Source: an uncultured Thermoleophilia bacterium
Lineage (GTDB): Bacteria; Actinomycetota; Thermoleophilia; UBA2241
DNA length: 64,000 bases
NCBI GenBank assembly: GCA_963715985.1
Contig: CAVQSP010000010.1
Location: 96,001-160,000 of the forward strand
Reading direction: 5' to 3'
A program made the translations under genes and the position numbers. Below, one piece after another: positions 58,486-64,000 of the stretch. The notes under the pieces are model-generated. The model saw only the letters and a list, made by a program, of their open reading frames with translations, searched no databases and was not told the origin of the DNA. Numbering within the stretch: the first letter of the stretch is position 1; each line of letters begins with the position of its first letter.

Positions 58486-58946
58486 GCGAGTCGGTCTGGG
58501 ACTACCCGCGCCCGCCGCGGGTCGAAGCGAGTACGCGGCGGATCCGCGTGGTGCTCAACGGAGTCACCGTCGCCGACACCACGCGGGCCTTCCGCGTGCT
58601 CGAGACCAGCCACCCGCCCGTCTACTACATCCCGCCGCACGACGTGCGCGGCGAGTACCTGCGGCCGAGCCGCCGCAGCACGTTCTGCGAGTTCAAGGGG
58701 CAGGCGAGCTACTATGGCCTGGAGGTCGGCGGCCGGGTCGTAAAGGACGCCGCCTGGTACTACCCGGACCCGGTCCCGGGGTACGAGGCGATCCGGGACC
58801 ACCTCGCCTTCTACCCCGGCCGCGTGGACGCCTGCTACGTGGACGACGAGCAGGTGGCGCCCCAGGTCGGCGACTTCTACGGCGGCTGGATCACCGCCGA
58901 CATCAGCGGGCCGTTCAAGGGCGGTCCGGGCACGACCGGCTGGTGA
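58482..58946 (+). CDS. DUF427 family protein
   Basis: WDYPRPP, ETSHPP, CEFKG, FYGGW. Confidence 0.9.
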   Translation: MSESVWDYPRPPRVEASTRRIRVVLNGVTVADTTRAFRVLETSHPPVYYIPPHDVRGEYLRPSRRSTFCEFKGQASYYGLEVGGRVVKDAAWYYPDPVPGYEAIRDHLAFYPGRVDACYVDDEQVAPQVGDFYGGWITADISGPFKGGPGTTGW

Positions 58947-58972
58947 GACGCGGGAGGACGAGCGGGAACAGA

Positions 58973-60321
58973 ATGATGGACGACCTGCTGAACGCGACAG
59001 CCGACCGCGCGATCCGCTACCTGAAGGGCCTGGCAGAGCGGCGAGTGGCACCTGACGAGGCGGCGCTGGCGCGGCTCTCACGCTTCGATGAAGGCTTGCC
59101 GGACGAGCCGGACGATCCGCGAGCGGGTCATCGCCCTGCTCGACGATGTCGGCTCTCCGGCCACGACGGCGACGGCGGGCCCGCGCTTCTTCGGCTTCGT
59201 CATCGGGGGTGCGATGCCGGTGACCGTCGCCGCCTCGTGGCTCGCCACGGCCTGGGACCAGAACGCCGGCGCGTTCACCGCCTCGCCCGTCGCGGCGACG
59301 CTTGAACAGGTGGCGCAGCGGTGGCTGGTCGACCTCTTCGGTCTGCCGCAGACGACGGTGGCGGGGTTCGTCACCGGCGCGACGATGGCGAACTTCTCGG
59401 CGCTCGCGGCCGCACGGCACGACGTCCTGGCGCGAGCCGGATGGGACGTCGACGGCCGCGGCCTCGCCGGAGCGCCGCCGCTGACGCGTGGTCGTCGGCG
59501 AGGAGGCGCACCCGTCGTTGCACAAGGCGCTCGGGCTGCTCGGCATCGGCCGCCAGAACGTGGTCCGGGTGCGCGACAGACGGGCAGGGCGCCATGCTCG
59601 CGGACGCGCCTGCCCTACCATCTCCGGCCCCGCCATCGTCTGCACCCAGGCCGGCAACGTGAACACAGGGGCGTTCGATCCGGTGGCGGAGGTGGCAGAG
59701 GTCGCGCACGCGGCCGGTGCCTGGGTCCACGTGGACGGCGCCTTCGGCCTGTGGGCGGCGGCCGCGCCCGGCCGCGCGCACCTCGTCCGCGGCATCGCCG
59801 CCGCCGACTCGTGGGCCACGGACGCGCACAAGTGGCTCAACGTCCCCTACGACAGCGGTCTCGCCTTCGTGCGGGACCCTGAGCCCTTGAGGGCCGCCAT
59901 GGGCGTCACCGCTGCCTACCTGCCCGACAGCATGATGCGCGAGCCGTCCGCGCACTCGCCCGAACTCTCCCGGCGCGCCCGCGGAGTAGAGGTCTGGGCC
60001 GCGCTGCGCGCCCTGGGCCGCTCCGGCGTCGCCGACCTCGTCGAACGCGATTGCCGCCACGCGGCGCGCTTCGCCGAGGGTCTGCGCGCCGCCGGCCACG
60101 AGATCCTCAACGACGTGGTCCTGAACCAGGTGCTGGTCTCGTTCGGCGACGAGGAGACGACCCGCCGCGTGATCGCCGCCATCCAGCAGGACGGCACCTG
60201 CTGGAGCGGAGTCACGGTGTGGCGCGGCCGCACGGCCATGCGCATCAGCGTGTCGGGGTGGTCGACCACCGAGGAGGATGTGGAGCGCAGTCTCGCGGCC
60301 ATGCTCCGCGCGGCGGGGTGA
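58973..60321 (+). CDS. PLP-dependent amino-acid decarboxylase, group II (several frameshifts)
   Basis: PRFFGFVIGG, HVDGAFG, SWATDAHKWL, LNQV. Confidence 0.88.
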
Positions 60322-60363
60322 GCGGGCGAGGCCGAAGGGCCTCGCCGCTTGCCGCTCCGGCTC

Positions 60364-61563
60364 CTACGGCAGCATCCGCGGCGGGTCGCCGGCGCCGCCG
60401 ATCTGCGGCGCCGTGCCGCGCAGCTCGAGCAGCTTCTGCTTGAGGTCGCGCTGCATCTGCGTGAGCTCGCCCTCGGCCACGGCCCTGCGGGCGCGGCCCT
60501 CCGCCTGGATCTGGATCGTCTCCTCCAGCGTGGCGATGAGGTCGGCGTTGACCTTCTGCAGCGTCTCGATGTCCACGACGCCGCGCTCCACCTCGCGCGC
60601 CACCTTGGCGGAGCCGGTCTTGAGCAGCTCGGCGTTCTTGGCCAGCAGCTCGTTGGTCGTGTCCGTGACCTCGCGCTGGAGCTCCACCGCCTTCTGCTGG
60701 CGGTACAGGGTGATGGCGATGACGATCTGGTTCTTCCACAGCGGGATGGTGGTGAGCACGGAGGCCTGGATCTTCTCCACGAGGTTCTGGTCGTTGCCCT
60801 GGATGAGGCGGATCTGCGGCGCCGTCTGCACGGCGATCATGCGCGTCAGCTTGAGGTCGTGGAGGCGGCGTTCGAAGCGCGTCGCCGCCTGCTGCAGGTC
60901 GGTGAGGCGCTGGGCCGCCATGACGTCGCCGGAGGCGGCCACCTCGGCCTCCATGGCCGGGATCTTGACGCGGAAGAGCTCGTCCAGCACCTGCTCGCCG
61001 GCGGCGATGTACACGTCGAGCTGCTTGAGGTAGTCCAGGTTGAGCTCGTACATCTTGTCGAGCACCGTCATGTCCTTGAGCAGGGCCATGCGCGAGCGCT
61101 CGAGGGCGTCGATGATGCGCTCAATGCTGGTGGCGACCTTCTGGTAGCGCGCCGCGAAGCGGTCGAACGTGTTGGCGAAGCGGCCGAAGATGGGGATCCG
61201 GCTCTTGCCCGAGCCGTCGCCGAGCGCGTCTACGTCGATCTCGCGCACCTTCTTCAGCAGGTCGTTGAGCGCCTCGCCGCCGGACCCGGCGTCCTTGTTG
61301 CGTACGTCGCCGAGCAGTGAATCGGCGAAGTTGGCGATGCGGCTCTGGGCGGGCAGGCCGTAGCTGAGCACGCCCTGGGCGTCGGTCACGTCCACCTGGG
61401 CTTTGATCTCGGCGACGCGCGCGAGGTCGGCGGCGTCCAGCGGTCCGGCCACCGGGGCGCTGCCCGCGGCGGTTCCCGCCACGGCGCCGGCGTCGGTTCC
61501 GGCATCGCCTGCGGCCGGCACGATCTCGGGAGTGCCCCCCGCCTTCTGTATCTCGTCGCTCAT
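60364..61563 (-). CDS. telA: Toxic anion resistance protein TelA
   Basis: QTAPQIRLIQ, TIPLWKNQ, ERGVVDIETL. Confidence 0.92.
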   Translation of the reverse strand: MSDEIQKAGGTPEIVPAAGDAGTDAGAVAGTAAGSAPVAGPLDAADLARVAEIKAQVDVTDAQGVLSYGLPAQSRIANFADSLLGDVRNKDAGSGGEALNDLLKKVREIDVDALGDGSGKSRIPIFGRFANTFDRFAARYQKVATSIERIIDALERSRMALLKDMTVLDKMYELNLDYLKQLDVYIAAGEQVLDELFRVKIPAMEAEVAASGDVMAAQRLTDLQQAATRFERRLHDLKLTRMIAVQTAPQIRLIQGNDQNLVEKIQASVLTTIPLWKNQIVIAITLYRQQKAVELQREVTDTTNELLAKNAELLKTGSAKVAREVERGVVDIETLQKVNADLIATLEETIQIQAEGRARRAVAEGELTQMQRDLKQKLLELRGTAPQIGGAGDPPRMLP

Positions 61564-62537
61564 GTCGGCTCCCCGGTCTGGCTGTACATGGTCTCGCTGC
61601 GCGCGGTGCGTTCGAGCAGCTCGATCTCGACGTCGAGGTCGAGGGCCCGGTCTTCGAGCACGCCGGCCAGCTGGCGGTCGAACGCCTGCTGCACCACGCG
61701 CAGCGAGGCTTCGGCGCGGGCGAGCGTCGCCGTGATGTCCGGCGAGGCCGGCCCGCGCTCCGTGAGGTGCACGTAGCCCTCGACGATGCGCTGCGCCGCG
61801 TCGAGGTAGTAGGTGAGAAAGCCGCGCGCCGCGTCCAGCTTGCGCGGTTGCGCCGCGAGCTCGGCGAGGATCTGGTCCGCGGTGCGGCACAGCGCCACCA
61901 CCTCGTCGCGGACCTCCTTCTTGCCGATGGACCCGGCGTGCTCGAGGATGACGTCCACCTGCGCCTTGGCCGGGCGCAGCACGTCGGCCGTGGCCTCGTC
62001 CATGCCCTTGGGCAGCTCCGCCCGCGGCACGCTCGCCGTGAGCGACGGCGGCTGCGGCGGCTTGGGCAGGGTGCGCGGCGGCGCGTCGCCGAACATGATG
62101 GCGCGGTAGTAGGGCCGCAGGTACATGGCGTTGGCCACGCTCGCCACCGACACGAGGAGCTGGAGGGCGACCATCGGCCAGAAGAGCGGCGTGCCGATCG
62201 CGAGGATGGTCAGCACCAGCGGGATCGCGTAGACGAAGCCCAGCAGCGTCCAGGGCAGGTGCCGGGCGCGCACGCCGATGTACACGAACGACAGCCAGTT
62301 CATGAAGCCCAGCGTGAAGGTCCAGCCGACCCACAGCGAGTGGCGCCACCACCAGCGGAAGCGGGTCTTGGCCTTCGCCGGCGGGGGAGGCGGTCCTGTG
62401 ACCGCCGGCGACCCGGCCTGGGGCTTGAGCTGCTGTACCTCGCGCACGGCCGAGGCGGGGTGCCCGTTCTGGCACTCCCCGTAGGGGGTCAGCCAGACCC
62501 ACCGGGCACAGACACTGCAATATCCACCGAGCGGCAT
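61560..62537 (-). CDS. XpaC-like protein with N-terminal Cys/His and TM extension
   Basis: FLTYYLD..IVEGY, LDVEIELL; coupled upstream of telA. Confidence 0.8.
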   Translation of the reverse strand: MPLGGYCSVCARWVWLTPYGECQNGHPASAVREVQQLKPQAGSPAVTGPPPPPAKAKTRFRWWWRHSLWVGWTFTLGFMNWLSFVYIGVRARHLPWTLLGFVYAIPLVLTILAIGTPLFWPMVALQLLVSVASVANAMYLRPYYRAIMFGDAPPRTLPKPPQPPSLTASVPRAELPKGMDEATADVLRPAKAQVDVILEHAGSIGKKEVRDEVVALCRTADQILAELAAQPRKLDAARGFLTYYLDAAQRIVEGYVHLTERGPASPDITATLARAEASLRVVQQAFDRQLAGVLEDRALDLDVEIELLERTARSETMYSQTGEPT

Positions 62538-62761
62538 GTGGCTCCTCGAAACGATGTCGCACTCTGCAGGATAGCCTGCATCGGGCCTGCGCACACATCG
62601 GGGCCGCGGTCGGCGCCGCCGGGCGGCTGCGACGCCACGGCGGGCGACCGCGGCCGCCGCCGGTGGCCGCCTCTCCGCGGCCTGCAACGGCAGGGGCGCA
62701 CGTCTCCGTTGCGTGCTGTACTCTTGGACTTCACCCCGCCATCGAGAGGGAGTCAGCTTCC

Positions 62762-63148
62762 ATGAGCTCCGTGTATGAGAACCGTATCCGTGTCGCCGTG
62801 CCTTCCGAGGCGCCCGGCGGCATCGACGCCGCCCGCTCCGGGCACTTCGGCCGCACTCCGTACTTCACGCTCGTCGACATCGTGGACGGCGACGTCGCCG
62901 GTGTGGACGTGGTGGCCAACCGCCCGCACGAGCACGGCGGCTGCATGTCGCCGGTCGTCACGCTCGGCGAGAACCTCGTGGACGTGGTCATCGTCGCCGG
63001 CATCGGTCACCGACCGCTGCTCGGTTGCCTGCAGTCCGGCATCCGCGTGTTCGCCGGCGAGGACAGGCCGGACGTGCGCAGCGTCGTCAATGCCTTCGTC
63101 GAGATGGAGCTCTCCCCGGTCGGGCCGGACGCCACCTGCCGGCACTGA
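62762..63148 (+). CDS. NifB/NifX family cluster-binding protein
   Basis: HFGRTPYF, HEHGGC, GIG. Confidence 0.85.
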   Translation: MSSVYENRIRVAVPSEAPGGIDAARSGHFGRTPYFTLVDIVDGDVAGVDVVANRPHEHGGCMSPVVTLGENLVDVVIVAGIGHRPLLGCLQSGIRVFAGEDRPDVRSVVNAFVEMELSPVGPDATCRH

Positions 63149-63411
63149 CGGCCGGCGCGGTGGCGCCGCGGCGGCGTAGCCCGTGCCGCGGCGCCCAGCT
63201 CGCTTCGGGACCGCCCTGCTGGCCAACGAACTCGACAAGCCTGAGCTGCGGGCCACCATCAACGCCGTCAAGGGCACTGCGGACAGCTACGACGACGAGA
63301 TCGAGAAGTGCTGGGGCGGGCAGCGGGTGACCGATCGCTGACGTCATTCGCCCCGCCTTGGGGAATACACCCGCTGACCACGACCAACACCAGTCCAGCG
63401 GGGGTCCCACC

Positions 63412-63873
63412 ATGCAGGCACCGCAGCAGATCACACCGTCCGGCCCGGCCGACTACTTCGACGTGCTCACCAAGGCCATCTTCCAGTCAGGCCTCAGCTG
63501 GCAGGTCGTCGAGTCCAAGTGGCCGGGCTTCCTCGAGGCGTTCGACGGGTTCGACCCGGAGACGGTCGCCGCGTACACCGACGACGAAATCGAACGGCTC
63601 GCCGCCGACACGCGCATCGTGCGCAACCGCAAGAAGATCGAGGCGACCGTGACCAACGCCCAGCGCATGGTGGAGCTGGGGCGCGAGGAGGGCGGCTTCG
63701 CCGGCTGGCTGCGCTCCCGCGGCGACTTCGAGCAGACGGTCGCCGCGCTGCGCGGCGAGTTCCGCTTCATGGGCGACATGGGCGCCTACTACTTCCTCTA
63801 CGTGGTGGGCGAGCCGACCCCGACGCACGAGGAGTGGATGAAGACGCATCAGCCGGCGGCGCGCCGCCGGTGA
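63412..63873 (+). CDS. tag: DNA-3-methyladenine glycosylase I family (short form)
   Basis: FQSGLSW, AFDGFD, IVRNRKKIEA. Confidence 0.85.
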   Translation: MQAPQQITPSGPADYFDVLTKAIFQSGLSWQVVESKWPGFLEAFDGFDPETVAAYTDDEIERLAADTRIVRNRKKIEATVTNAQRMVELGREEGGFAGWLRSRGDFEQTVAALRGEFRFMGDMGAYYFLYVVGEPTPTHEEWMKTHQPAARRR

Positions 63874-63897
63874 CACACCGACACCGGGAGGTATCCC

Positions 63898-64000
63898 GTG
63901 AAGACCGGCAAGCCCGACGACACCGACCTCAAGGCGCGGCTCACCGAGCTGCAGTACCAGGTGACCCAGCGCGACGGGACTGAGCCACCGTTCGCCAACG
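63898..64000 (+). CDS. msrB: Methionine sulfoxide reductase B, 3'-partial
   Basis: [16 protein letters not shown]; GGGAGG RBS. Confidence 0.8.
   Translation, partial: MKTGKPDDTDLKARLTELQYQVTQRDGTEPPFAN

Noticed and set aside
62762-63175. Nitrogen fixation gene, or Sec readthrough after ..TCRH-TGA
   Set aside because: No nif genes nearby and the family is widespread; the downstream hairpin starts only 4 nt after the TGA, too close for a SECIS
1-64000. tRNA, rRNA, transposase, integrase or prophage genes
   Set aside because: No recognisable signatures found by eye

Overview
Very GC-rich, densely coding bacterial window; gene content and many leaderless-type promoters suggest Actinomycetota, possibly an anaerobic Thermoleophilia-like lineage (inference only). 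From left to right: degenerate GGDEF and NUDIX genes, an MFS and a heterodimeric ABC exporter; an amine/guanidino catabolic-looking run (sarcosine-oxidase-like flavoprotein, agmatinase-family enzyme, PLP aminotransferase, non-pyrrolysine MttB-family methyltransferase, gene remnants, peptide-binding protein); an ECF sigma/anti-sigma pair heading a fab-acc operon; and a ~10.6 kb redox/sulfur island (27.9-38.55 kb). That island holds two Cys-bearing ArsR regulators, OsmC, a possible selenoprotein, two TusA, two DsrE-family proteins, an atypical MvhD, an HdrL-like and an HdrA protein and a QmoC-like membrane subunit, with no HdrB or APS reductase in the window; it is the best candidate for an undescribed system. 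The rest is an accessory mix of regulators, MFS pumps, a toxin-antitoxin pair, an internally deleted catalase, telA/xpaC, tag and a partial msrB. Many genes carry single-base frameshifts, most likely long-read consensus errors. No rRNA, tRNA, CRISPR array or transposase was recognised. All calls come from motif recognition by eye, without database searches.
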